A stretch of 61,866 bases of DNA, the filler included, from Squatina squatina (Eukaryota): the NCBI GenBank assembly GCA_031763465.1. It is 4 parts of 4 records of this genome, joined end to end, with 100 filler letters (N's around TTAATTAATTAA, not from the genome) between each part and the next. Parts side by side here need not be neighbours in the genome. Positions count along the whole stretch, not along the records: positions 15,500 to 31,917 come from JARFOE010000013.1; positions 32,018 to 48,788 come from JARFOE010000115.1; 2 more parts are not named here. One strand, 5' to 3'. The notes below the pieces were generated by a model that was not told the origin of the DNA, did no database searches, and worked only from the letters and a program-made list of their open reading frames with translations. The stretch's first letter is position 1. Every line of letters begins with the position of its first letter. The translations under genes were made by a program, and so were the position numbers. Below are positions 24,561 through 36,910 of the stretch, piece after piece.

Positions 24561-27359
24561 TGTATTTTACACATTTGGAACTATCATAAAACCTGCTGAC
24601 ACCATAATAATTCCTGGGGTAAATTTATCTGTACATTCCAAAAATCTAATTTCCTATAGAATATTTACATTAAGTGTCCTGTCTGTACATTTTTAAAAGG
24701 TTTTTTAAGAAACTTATTCTTGAGCCTTATGTAATCCTGTGGTATTTGTAAATGACATCTGTCTTGATAATTAGAATGTGTGAATGAATAACATTTTTGA
24801 GCTATCCTATGGGATTAGACTTCGGCTGTTGTAGCAGATTTTCAGTAAACAGCTATAACTGTGACCTTCTGCTATGTAAGCATACTGCCATTAATAAATG
24901 AAATGGTCTTTGCACCATGTTTGTTTTTAGAGGGATATGACAATAAATTGTCAAAGAATGGATACCAGTTCACATGAAGCCCACTGCGTGGTATTGTTTA
25001 TTTCTCCATGTTACTACTACTCTGTGTGATCATTATGTTCTATAGACTACACTGATGGTGTATACACAAACACTGCCTCAATCCAAGTAAATTCAAGGCT
25101 ATCTTTTAAATGTCAGAAGCACCTAAATAGCCTCGGAGCACATATGTTGTACGTTTAAATACCAAGTTGTCTGTTGCAGTGGATGTTATTGAGGTAACTC
25201 ATCCANNNNNNNNNNNNNNNNNNNNNNNNNNNNNNNNNNNNNNNNNNNNNNNNNNNNNNNNNNNNNNNNNNNNNNNNNNNNNNNNNNNNNNNNNNNNNNN
25301 NNNNNTGGTGGAAACATTTTTGTTAATAATATGTTTTAGAAAGTTAAACTTATGCCTACTTGTAATTTAATTCTGGGGACAACATAGTTTAAACATTCTT
25401 GGGACCCTGGACATCAAGAACATCCAGGGCTCCTCCACAACCCCCACACGCTTTCCCACATCCATTAAACCTGTCGCGGTCGTATATAAAGCCGAGGAAC
25501 ACTGTCACTGTAGAAGGAATTGACATTGTAAATGAGTTATGTTGAAATCAAAAGACACAGAAACAGCGATGTTAAATTGCCCACTCGTGCCAGCCTGCTA
25601 TCTGCTGATTCTGCCACTGCAGATATGAAGAAATCCATTCGCCAGCAAAACTTCAGTGAGGTTTAAACAGGTTACTACAGGGCAGAAATTATTGAGCACA
25701 TACGTTTGTAGGCTAAAATGGTGCCAGTTTCCAACGACCGGCCATTCAATTAAAAAAAAACATTAATATGGGTATCCATTAAAAATACAAAACTGTTTTG
25801 ATTAATTACTCCCCCGATTTCCAAAGCGCAGCAGCTTGAAACCTATTGAAGCCATAAAGCAATTGCTCTGCATGATCCAATCCATGCGCCAAACTGACAC
25901 CAGGAATACTATACCCAAATCGTCTTGCAGATTATTGAAGCAGAGCCCCCAGAAAATATACATGAACCAAAGGTAACAAGTGTGATCTGCATTATTGTAA
26001 ATGTAACAGTTCGAAAGCTTTCACCTGCTGTAAGTAATCTGTTTGATTAAAAGTGAAGCTTTGTTTTGGAGCAGATGAAATTCACTTTTTAGTGAAGTAA
26101 TCTGAAGTGATATTCCCTGTCAGTGGTTTCCTCTGCTTTCATTTTTGCTATGCGTAATTTAGCATTTTAAAGCAGGAATGCTGTACAGATGTTAATAATA
26201 ATCTTATCAGCCTTTGAATTTTTATGCTGTATTGCAGAAATTGATTTATTCTTGATTAGAGGAAGTTTCCTTTATTTTGTTAAGTCAATTGCTTTGCCAA
26301 TTCCACATTAATGCTGTGTGGCATGCTTATTAATGCTTGTTGGTATGATAATTTGGTAACCCGATCCTATTGTTTGCGNNNNNNNNNNNNNNNNNNNNNN
26401 NNNNNNNNNNNNNNNNNNNNNNNNNNNNNNNNNNNNNNNNNNNNNNNNNNNNNNNNNNNNNNNNNNNNNNNNNNNNAAATATTTTTGGTTTAATTTAATT
26501 TTAAAGAATTATTTTAAAAATCTTTACTGTACATCAAATCAATTTCCGGTCGTCAAGAAAATGCTGCATTTTGTCTTTACTGCTAAATTGGCTTATTGCA
26601 CAGTTGTTCTGCAGAATTACTTCAATCATTTTGTAAGTTTGTTAATGGCAAGTAAACCATCTGAAAGCATCGTATAAAATTTATACATATACATGAGTAT
26701 GGCTCCAGTCCTATATTATCAGTCTTCCGTTCATGAACTTACACATTTTTATATATCTTATTTCTCAAAGTCACAATACAATTTGTAAATTTTCTATTTA
26801 AGGGGTCCAAAACTAATAACGGTTTCATGCTATTCAGTAAAGTTATTTTAATGTCATATAGTGTGTACAAGAGCTAATTCACCATCATTTGGGCAGTCAT
26901 TAAGCGGCAGACATGAAATTTCAAGATGGCCATTCAAATTGTGAACTGTGGACTTAGAACTACCAATGCACTGCATAATTTAAATGACAATTTTTATTTC
27001 AGTGGAAGCAAACACTATTGTTACATTCTTGCGGTTCTTCGAGCTTTGTAAATGATTAGGCTGGGATATGCTCCTTATGATTCCAGTGATCTGGTTACAT
27101 GTGGAGTTTGTTATTGTTGTATCATACTATGAATCTGAAAGATCAATTATTTTTTGTCTCCTGTAATTTTGGCTTCCAGTGGTGTTGTGCATTCCAGTTA
27201 TTGCAACTTGGTATTGTGTGATTACCACATGAAACAACAAATGGTAGCTGTGGTCCCCTGTGTTTAGTTGCCTTTTGGTTGAACCTGAGAGTGAGTGGGC
27301 GGTGCTTTTTTTTACTTGTACATGGGGAATGAGTAGAGCCGATGCAGTACACAAATGTT

Positions 27360-27750
27360 TTTATTTATCTGCATATGGGATGTAGGCGTCACCGGCAAGG
27401 CCAGCATTTATTGCCCAGCCCTAATTTCCCTCGAGAAGGTGCTGGTAAGCTACCTTCTTTAATACGTGGCATTTCAGTGGGCAGTTAAGAGTCAACCACA
27501 TTGCTGTGGGTCTGGAGTCACATATAGGCCAGGCCGGGTAAGGACAGCAGATTTCCTTCCCTGAAGGACATTAGTGAACCAGATGGGTTTTTACAACAAT
27601 CCGGTAGTTTTATGATACCTATTACTGACACTAGTTTTTTTATCCCAGTTTTATTTAATTAACTGAATTTAAATTCCCCAGCTGCCGTGGTGTGATTTGA
27701 ATTCACCAGATCATTAGTCCAGCAACATAACCACGATGCTAGCATACCCA
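27360..27750. repeat. Abundant chondrichthyan interspersed repeat (LINE 3' end/SINE-like)
   Basis: GGCAAGGCCAGCATTTATTGCCC..GAGTCAACCACATTGCTGTGGGTCTGGAGTCACAT..GGACATTAGTGAACCAGATGGG recalled as a common shark repeat; family not assigned. Confidence 0.55.
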
Positions 27751-27821
27751 TACATGTGTGGACAATTCTTCAGCTAGTCTTTTTAAAAAAAAATGCTGCA
27801 CTGATACCGATATTCTATTGA

Positions 27822-27945
27822 AAGAAGAAAGACATGCATTTATATAGCGCCTTTCATGACCACCGGTTGTCCCAAAGCGCTTTGTCCCACAGCCACTGAA
27901 GTACTTTTTGAAGTAAAGTTACTGTTGTAATGTAGGAAACAGAGT
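27822..27945 (-). mobile_element. DeuSINE-like 3' tail
   Basis: Reverse complement of the tail at 23870-23985. Confidence 0.78.
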
Positions 27946-28009
27946 GCACGTGCTCCTTCTGATGGACTCTTCACAATCAACACCTCGCAAATTACTTAGA
28001 GCCTTTGAT

Positions 28010-28271
28010 GTAAAAAAAAAAGTCCCAAGACACTTCACAGAAGTGCAAGGAAAAGTGGACATTGAGCCCAAGAAGATATTAGAGAGTGACCATAAGTTTG
28101 GCCAAGGAAGGAGAAAGGTGAAGGGATTGAGGAAGTGAATTCCAGACCATGCAGGCTGAAGGGATGTCTGGGAATGGTGAGGTGAAGGGAGGGGAATGCA
28201 CATGAGTCCAGTTTCAAAGAAGTGGAGAGTTGATTGTGCTGGGGGTGGGGAGGAGTTGTGCGACTGGAGGA
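28010..28271 (-). mobile_element. Old L2-like LINE 3' fragment
   Basis: Diverged match to 21440-21720. Confidence 0.6.
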
Positions 28272-28371
28272 NNNNNNNNNNNNNNNNNNNNNNNNNNNNN
28301 NNNNNNNNNNNNNNNNNNNNNNNNNNNNNNNNNNNNNNNNNNNNNNNNNNNNNNNNNNNNNNNNNNNNNNN

Positions 28372-28620
28372 TTTTTAAACTTCTTTCCTTGTCCTCCTGG
28401 GTGTGATGCACACAGAGCACACACAGCCTGCTGCCAGGCCACCACCAATGTCCCCTTCAGCCAGCTTTTAAGAGGTGGTGGGAACACCCAAAGAATGACT
28501 CCAGTAACTGATTTTTTTTGTTGTTTTCCCCTCCTTCCCACCACTACCCCAGTAGAAGTGTCCACAGCTTCTGCTTGGAACTTGTTCAGTTGATGAGTCT
28601 GTGGTCTGCAACCAAGTGGC
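28372..28620 (-). mobile_element. Decayed Myb/SANT-like ORF, probably a Harbinger accessory gene
   Basis: KFQAEAVDT...PPP...VVAWQQAVCALCAS...GKKFK resembles the Myb_DNA-bind_5 pattern (F..E.L..L / AW..VA..V / Q.RKKF). Confidence 0.4.
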
Positions 28621-28878
28621 ATGGCACTCAAATCTGCATGTACTGGATGTTAGTATGTCCATGAAAAATACATTTTAAAGTACCTTTCGTGGTAATGTTG
28701 AAAAATGTCCAAGATAGTGATGCCAGAAATGGACATTGTTTGTTTAATTAAAATAGAAGTAACTAAAGTTAGAGTAGTAGGAGATTGAAATATTTACTGT
28801 ATGTATTCAAATGTTAAAATAGCATTGAATTTTAATACTGTGATCCAATATTTAGCATGTGTTGTGTTCTGATTACAG

Positions 28879-29043
28879 CTAATAGAAGATGAAATAGCAA
28901 CAATTCTTAAATCCACCTTGAAAGGTCTGGAATATCTACACTTCATGAGAAAAATCCACCGAGACATCAAAGCTGGAAATATCCTACTGAATACAGAGGG
29001 GCATGCAAAGCTTGCCGATTTTGGTGTTGCAGGTCAGCTGACG
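28879..29043 (+). CDS. STK3: STK3 (MST2) catalytic-loop exon
   Basis: 165-nt phase 0/0 exon, acceptor TTACAG, donor ACG|GTAAGT; [63 protein letters not shown] distinguishes STK3 from STK4 (LTED..LQST). In frame with the 22722-22836 exon. Confidence 0.97.
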
Positions 29044-30699
29044 GTAAGTAACCAATAAGATTAAACTTTAATTGGTGATGTTGTTTAGGTACGGCATGGT
29101 TAGATGCAGAGTAGAAACTCCCTTTACTCAATACCAACAATGTGATTCATTTCCAGCCTCAAGGGGAACTCTTGCTGTGCCACTGTGAAATTACCCAGTG
29201 ACCTTTCTTAGCAACATTGCCAATAAGAATAGAATCAGGGACAGTTTTATGCAGTGTCTCCCTACCTGCTCAGAGCTGGGCTGACTGAGAGTATCCAAAT
29301 GTCTTTCACAGACAGTGAACTTTCTGTGAAATTTTCATCCCTATAGTTTTGGCTGGAATAAAATCACAATCTCAGTGCTGAAAGGCCTGTCACTGTTTTA
29401 ATCTTCTCTGAACCATCTCCACTTTATATAAAGTAAAAAAAAAAAATCTGAAATAAAAATAGAAAATGCTGGAAATACAGAGCCGGTTGGCCAGAACTGG
29501 ACTTTTCCCTTTACAGACAATGACATTGGAAGCGTGTAGCCTTCATTGGAACTGTAGACTTGATGAAGAGTACACACCCTGAAATATCATAATCTTGTCT
29601 TTTCTTTTTACAAATACCAGCTGCCCTGCTGTGTAAAGAGAATAGCGGAGGGGAGAAACTATAGATCCAATTTTCCAATTCGNNNNNNNNNNNNNNNNNN
29701 NNNNNNNNNNNNNNNNNNNNNNNNNNNNNNNNNNNNNNNNNNNNNNNNNNNNNNNNNNNNNNNNNNNNNNNNNNNNNNNNNNTCTAGGCTTGTTGGCATA
29801 TCCACAAAGGAACTGAACTGTCAGTATGCTGTTTTCTCAGTTAGCTACACTTATCCTTGTATGGAACCATTATCTACAAGGGTTTCACTAGGCAGGAAAT
29901 AGCAAATACAGTAAAAACAAGCTTAGCTTCCCATCACTGTCAGACGCTGCTACAGATATACCATGTTGTAAGAACTGATTCAAGCCGTAAAGACAACAAA
30001 AATTCAAGGCACAAAGATCCTGAGTTACTGTAATTGAAAGCTTAAATCTCGACATGAAGTTAGTACAAGTGAAACATTATTACTGTAATTCTCCCTGAAA
30101 TTTTCACTTACACCCCTTGTATATCTTTTGCCAGTTAAAGTAATTACTGAAGTATGATGAGTAAGCTACAAGGTTACTCAGTATTGCCCTGAGATGTTTG
30201 TATGTCCAATGTTGCTGGCATCTCATCCAAACTTTTCTGGCTATGGCGATACCATAAAAAATCTCTCACACACCAGAGGGATTCTGATCAAACTTTTTTG
30301 TTTTCTTTAGAAATGTGCTGACTGGAAACTGTGGATCTCTGTATTCAAAACAGAAAGTTCTGGCTTTTCAATACTAATTTGAATTTTCAACACGCTTGAT
30401 GTATGATTTCCTCTGATTAAGCTTTTAAAATTGGCATGTTGGGATTTGTAATGCTTCTGCATCAATGAATACTCACTAAATTACAATGGCAGTGCTTTAA
30501 ACTGTACACTTCTTTAATAATATGTTGGAAAGAAATTGTGAAAGCATTGTGCCATGTGTCCTTCTGCTCAGGTTTCAAAGGTCTTTTGACAGTATTTTCA
30601 CCAGTATTTCAGAACTGTTAAAAGTCGCAAGCGGAATCCTTTTTTGATTTTCCAGTTATTCTGTAGTGTACATTGTGTTATACGTTAACCAAGCAAGCA

Positions 30700-30775
30700 G
30701 AAGAATGAGAGGGGATCTTATAGAAACATACAAAATTCTTAAGGGATTGGACAGGCTAGATTCGGGAAGAATGTT
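30700..30775 (+). mobile_element. CR1 ORF2 C-terminal fragment
   Basis: RRMRGDLIETYKILKGLDRLDSGRM. Confidence 0.85.
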
Positions 30776-30877
30776 NNNNNNNNNNNNNNNNNNNNNNNNN
30801 NNNNNNNNNNNNNNNNNNNNNNNNNNNNNNNNNNNNNNNNNNNNNNNNNNNNNNNNNNNNNNNNNNNNNNNNNNNTC

Positions 30878-31874
30878 TCAACCCACCTGTTTTTTGGGGT
30901 TAAAATTCTCTCCTTCGTTCCAAATTTTGGTGATAAGATGTCGGGCACAGTTTTTTTTGTATTAACTAAGATTATAGAATTATGAGAAGCATCTTCTAGT
31001 GAGGACGCCTATTAAAAAGACAGATTTGCTGTTCGCAAAGGAGTCATAAACCATGTGTGATAAACCATCAGATGTTATTTCATGTTGGACAGGATTGTAC
31101 TGGGGACGACTGTATTTACAAGAATTTATTTCCTAATTTTAAACAAATACCCTACTGTTTTAAGTCTTTCCTCCAACTGGTTCATTTCAAGAAGTCATCC
31201 TACCATTATTAGGGCATCGTCAACAAATTAACCCAGCTGGACTTGACTGGCAATTGACAAATCAGTTTTCAGCATTCAATGGAGTGTAATTAAAAACAGT
31301 GATGGGTGCAAATATTTCCTCTCTGAAAGGTGAAATGTTGAACATCATGCTCCCACACTTAATTTTTCCATATCGACCTTTGGCAGTCTATCCTGAGCCA
31401 TGATTAAACAGCAAAAGTATGATTATTTCTGTGCTAGTGGTTTAACACTTACCATATGATCAGCAATCAGTGCTTCCAAGTGGTGTAAGCTTCTAGTTTA
31501 AGTACTAATCTTGCAAAATAATTTATGTAATGCTGAGGCAAACCAAAAGATGACTGCTTGGAAAGTCTATTAAATTGAATTGGACATTTCTTTTTCATCC
31601 TAAATCCTCCATACCCTATCGAAGTATAGCCTAGCTTGATGGATTCTAGGAAAGCCACGTGCGCAGGTAAATATCACCTTTTATGCTAAGATAAATAATA
31701 CCGTATATGGTGACTTAATTCTATAATTTTATAAAGCTCCAGGATTTGGGCCTTTTCACCAGTTCATTTTCTTCATCTAACATATTTTAGCTCCTTGTGC
31801 CCGAAATCTTATCACCAAAATTTGGAACAAGGAGGGTTGGGGGGTATTTTAACCCCAAAAAACGGGTGGGTTGG
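30878..31874. repeat. ~72-79 nt imperfect inverted repeats (30878-30949 / 31796-31874) flanking a ~850 nt core
   Basis: TGTGCCCGAmATCTTATCACCAAAATTTGGAAC and ATTTTAACCCCAAAAAACrGGTGGGTTGG occur in opposite orientation at both contig ends. Confidence 0.85.
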
Positions 31875-31917
31875 GGTCAGGTGGGAAGTTAAAGTGTTTA
31901 AAAAATCGGAGTCCCGA

Positions 31918-32017
31918 NNNNNNNNNNNNNNNNNNNNNNNNNNNNNNNNNNNNNNNNNNNNTTAATTAATTAANNNNNNNNNNNNNNNNNNNNNNNNNNN
32001 NNNNNNNNNNNNNNNNN
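31918..32017. other. Artificial scaffold linker (44N + TTAATTAATTAA + 44N)
   Basis: 12-mer at 31962-31973. Confidence 0.97.
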
Positions 32018-33569
32018 TCAGCCGGCTCCATGGCGTTCTAATAGCAAAAACTGCACATGCGCCAACCCCCCAAAAAAATTTACAGGGAACATTGCACCAC
32101 GCTGTGAAATTCCCGCAGTAACCCCTCCTGCCTCTCCACGTATCTCTCCTCCTTTAATGCCATCCTTAAAATCTATCTTTTTGACCTAGCTTTCGGTTAC
32201 CTGTCTGAATACCTCCTTCTTTACCTCAGTGGCCATATTTTACCTTTCCATGTAAAGGATACTATATAAATGCACATTGTTGTTATAGCTCTTATTATTA
32301 AATAACTGTGCCAGATAGATAAGAAAAATAAATCTGTTCAGTTGAGGACAGTAGATTAATCGGTTTACTATTTAAATGTTGCACAGAAAATATGACAATA
32401 TCAAAGTTGTCTTGTATTAAAAAGAAAATCCAAAATTGATTTGATTTGAAAATTGCTTTGTTTGGCTGAAAATTGACAATAATAAACCATCTTCCCTGCA
32501 GGTGTGCTAGGAGCTATTGTAATCCTTCCATTGAGGCTGAGATTGTGCAGGTCGTTAACATCGTAACGAGCCCTGGACCAACTGGCACCGATATGGAACA
32601 TTGAACTTCTGATGGGAGAGATTATTTCAAACCTTTTACGGAATGAAAAGGATAAAGTACCCCAGGGAATAAGAAAGGGATCCTTTATTGCTTAAAAAGG
32701 CAGCATGTATCAGGAGCTTTTTTTCCCAAAATGCTTCTGAAATAACATTTATTTTCATTTTGAAATAAGGTTTTTGTTCTTATCTGTTGATTGCACCACT
32801 CTATTTCAATGTAACAATCATTGCAGAAACTTCTTGCCCTGGTATTTAAATGAAAATTCATATTGTTATTGTTGATGTGGTAAAATCAAAGGGAAGTAAT
32901 TTTAATGAATTCTGACATCAGCGTTTCGGTAAGTCAATCGTTTAATTATTCAGTGCATTGGCAATCTAATCCAGTTAAAGCACTAGGCAAGCATGAAACA
33001 AGAGTTAGACTCTGAAGTGGTAAATAAATCGGCCTGGATTTTCCTCTTTGGGGCGATATGTCCACTGTATCNNNNNNNNNNNNNNNNNNNNNNNNNNNNN
33101 NNNNNNNNNNNNNNNNNNNNNNNNNNNNNNNNNNNNNNNNNNNNNNNNNNNNNNNNNNNNNNNNNNNNNNNGCACTCATGAGCAGGGCGCATGCCTCAGC
33201 TGCCCCGCCAAATAAAGCTGTTGGGAAGCTGCAGACTCATTATCACCCGTTTTACACTTTTGCACAAAGTCAAGATATACCTCATAGCTTGGGCTTTCAC
33301 ACAAAGATTTGTCACTTGGCCACAGTACTAGAGAGCTGCTGAAAGCATGGAATCCGTGTCTTCAGGTGAGGAGGGTATATTAAGAAGAAAATTGGTAAAA
33401 ATTATAGTTACTTTGTTTCTCAATCAATTTACCCAGGTTGGTGTATATGGGACCAATATGTCATGAACCTCTCATGCCAGTGTTGACACATCACCTCTGT
33501 GTGGGCTGTTGTAATTTCTCATGAATCACAGGCAGTGCACAGTGTATTTCTCATTCATATCAATGTGAA

Positions 33570-34480
33570 TACCCCTTTGAATTGTAAGATTAGTAAGCAT
33601 ACCACATACTACAGAGAGTTTATAAACTTGAATGGCTTCTACTATAAGGCACCCGAGAGCAGTGCAAACACCTAAATTGCTGTTTTAGAAAACCAAAATG
33701 TTGCTTTATGACAGACTGCATTGCTTTGTGTGCCTCATTGTTTCTATGGTCTGCTGGACTTTGATGGGGATTTAAACTATTGTCATAGTCCCCAGAAGCC
33801 AGTTGTATGTTTAAATAAACCAGGCACACAAAACTGGTCAAGGATGAAGGACTCATCTGCTGACCCAAAGAATTTGATATTCATCAGGAGGTGGATCATT
33901 TGTGGTCATCACAGACCAGCTTCAAGTTAAAGGGAAAGAATTTGTTACATTGATATACATTGGATTGACTGATTGCACTCATATGTCCACATAGAAATAC
34001 ATAAAAGTTGTAACAAAAGCTATTCAACCTAACCAGTCCATGTCGGCATTTTCCCTCCATATGAGCAAAAAGTTCTAAACACATTTACCCATTCACATGG
34101 GTACAGTCAACCCAAACATAATAATGACCTTAAAATGTTATGTGGCCAACTGTTTCTTTGCACTCTTGGATAAATAAATTAACTTGTCACTCTTCTGGAA
34201 CAGTGCATCAGTCACCTTCAGAGTACAGGTCCTTGTACCTTGATAGACCCAGTAATTGCTCCTGCATTTGGAGCTACTTACTGAGGATCCCTCCAAAACG
34301 TGTTTCACATATCTCAGTAATTGCCTCCTTGGTGAAACTAAGGGCTGCATTTTGCTGAGCCCATCCCTACAGAGCAGGACAGGACTTCAGCCTACATTCT
34401 AACATTATTGGGACTGATCCTTCATTATTAGTGGACTATAGACACAAAACTCAGCCTGTATTTGATATTATGTTGCCAGC
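33570..34480 (-). mobile_element. Decayed PIF/Harbinger (HARBI1-like, DDE_Tnp_4) transposase
   Basis: Collinear remnants across frames: QLLRYV..GS..VTDALF..IY; FPFNLKLVCD; GSADESFIL; NEAHKAMQSVIKQHFGFLKQQFRCLH; VVCGMLTNLTIQRG. Many frameshifts and stops. Confidence 0.78.
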
Positions 34481-35149
34481 CAAGGATGTAGAAATGGAGA
34501 AAAACCTGAAATGTCATCTCAATTGATCAGTCCTGTATGGGGTAGGCTGATTTGAGTAATATACTTCATTAAAAGCAACCTACCTTAGGATTGCTGCTCC
34601 TTGGATGCTGTAATTTGAGGTCAGCACAATTATATATTATCATGATTCTCTTAGTATGCAGCACGTAATGACAGCACAGCAGGGAATAAAGAACGGGTCG
34701 TCCAGCAGCAGCAGCTCTTAAAGGGTTGATGATCACCTTTAAAACTGTTCTGCTATTGAAATGGGAAGAAATGGTTTCAACAAGGGCTAAAATTAGAACT
34801 GCATCATTCAATACAGTAGCTTTGGAAGTCATGCTGCAGGGTGGTCCTTTTTAGGAGCAGAGACCACTGTCCGGTGAAGGCCAGCTCCAGAACAGCCTGG
34901 TTACAGATGGCTCAAAGAATGAATTTTAGCTAATTTATGTATCAAACCTGGGAATAGGTGCAGAAGCAATTTTCTAAATTCAGGAAGTTGCCAAGATACA
35001 TATTTCTCTCATTTTACAATACTTCCTTATAAAGCATCCTAACAACACTCTATTGTAGGCTTTGTGCAGCATCTCAGAAGGCATATTATTGTGGTACTGT
35101 TCATATGCTTTCCAAATGCGCAGGCATGCCCATGTTTTACCATATAAAT

Positions 35150-35450
35150 ACTAGTAGTTACAATATGGAAACAGGTTATTCAACCCAACAAGTTCATGTC
35201 TGCGTTTACCCTTCAGGTGAGCAAGCAGTTCTAATAATATTTACCCACCCAGTTCCATGAGCCCTTTTATTTCCTTTCCCTTCATCAACCCATCCAATCT
35301 AATCTTGAATGTTAACACCATTTCTGCCTCAGCACTAACCATGATGTGAATTCCACAGCCTCGCAATCCTCTGCGTGAAGAATTACATAGAAGTTACAGC
35401 ACAGAAATGGGCCATTTGGCCCATCAAGTCTGCACTTGTGTATTTCTCCA
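35150..35450 (-). mobile_element. Two tandem old CR1-type 3' UTR fragments
   Basis: GAATTCCACAGCCTCGCAATCCTCTG and CATAGAAGTTACAGCACAGAAATGGGCCATTTGGCCCATC motifs. Confidence 0.65.
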
Positions 35451-36569
35451 CATGTGCTACCTAATTCCCTCATATTGTGTAATATTTCATAATGTGTAAA
35501 TACTGGTGGGACTCAAACACTCAACTTTGGAATAATGCCGACTGGATGTCTACTGTGCCACAAGGTCAATCATAGGTTGCACATCAATGGAGCATATCGC
35601 CACACAGGACACAATTTCCTGTTACCATGCAATAATGTGCGGTGAGGTGCAGAAACAATCTAAAGAGAAGCATTGCTTTCTTCCTTGTACAGTGCCTCAG
35701 TTGAGGAATCAAAAGGATGTTCTGTTCCTTAGATTTTTTAGCTTTCTATTAGGAGGTGCACAAAACTGACATACACTGATGCACACTTGGATTTCCTCCC
35801 TCAGTTTAGAAAATGCCTCAACTTCACCCNNNNNNNNNNNNNNNNNNNNNNNNNNNNNNNNNNNNNNNNNNNNNNNNNNNNNNNNNNNNNNNNNNNNNNN
35901 NNNNNNNNNNNNNNNNNNNNNNNNNNNNNTAGAGGAATAGCTTCAGGGGCTGGCTAAAACTCAAAACTACATATTAGTACTCTTGTGATACCTTTGTGAG
36001 TGTCTTTCTGAAACACCAGTTGACCTTGTACACAGAGGTCTACATCTCTTTTCAGACTTGATTGAGGTAAAGTGCAATAGTTGTCACTGCTGAGTAGAAG
36101 CTTTAAACAATAGTTATGTCAGCTGAAAATTCTGCGCATTTAAAGGTTGAATCTCACTCAGTGACCAATGCAAGTAGATGTCAAAATCAGTAAAATGTTT
36201 GATATATAGATATCCTCCTTTACAGTCCAAATGACATGGCTTTCCACTTCTTAAAAAAATACGTTTTGGATAAAACATTATGTAATTATTTGTACAATTT
36301 TAAAATCTAGATGGTTTTGTGGAGATATTAATGAGGGTGAGACAGTTCACACTCTGCATTGCCTCAAGTGACAATGTCATACTTGATTAAGTTAAAACAA
36401 ATTATTGTATCACATGCAGTTTCCCAACAAAGCGTTGCTCAGCAAAATATTCAGTGAAATGGACGCAGCATTTGTAATGTTACACCACTCTGGGTCCCAA
36501 CAATGAGTACCCCAGTGTTTGTTTAATTTTATATATATTTTTTAAAAATGATGAAACCTCATTAATTAT

Positions 36570-36910
36570 CACCACGCTCTATCTCTATAACCACCTCCAG
36601 CACTACAACCACCCCCATAAAATCTCCATTCCTCTGGTTCTGGCCTTCTGTGCATCTTCCCCTCCCTTCACCTCAATATTGTGGCCGCTTAGGCCCCGTG
36701 CTTGGGTATTCCCTCTTAAACACCTCCACCTCTCCACCTCCCTTTACTCCTTTGAGACCCTCCTTAAGACCCACCTCCTTAACCTTATCCCTCCTAACAT
36801 ATCCTTCATTGTCTCAGCACCTGCTTTTCCCTGCTCCTCTGTCAAGCACATTGGCACATTTTTCTATGTTAAAGGTGTTAATATACGTTGCTGCTGTTAT
36901 CGTTGTTGTG
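36570..36910 (+). mobile_element. L2-like LINE 3' end
   Basis: Reverse-complement similarity to 21405-21750, ending in a (GTT)n-like tail. Confidence 0.65.

Noticed and set aside
34569-34832. Possible Myb-like partner ORF next to the Harbinger fossil
   Set aside because: Only a vague resemblance (LNDAVLILALVE); conserved Trp motifs absent.
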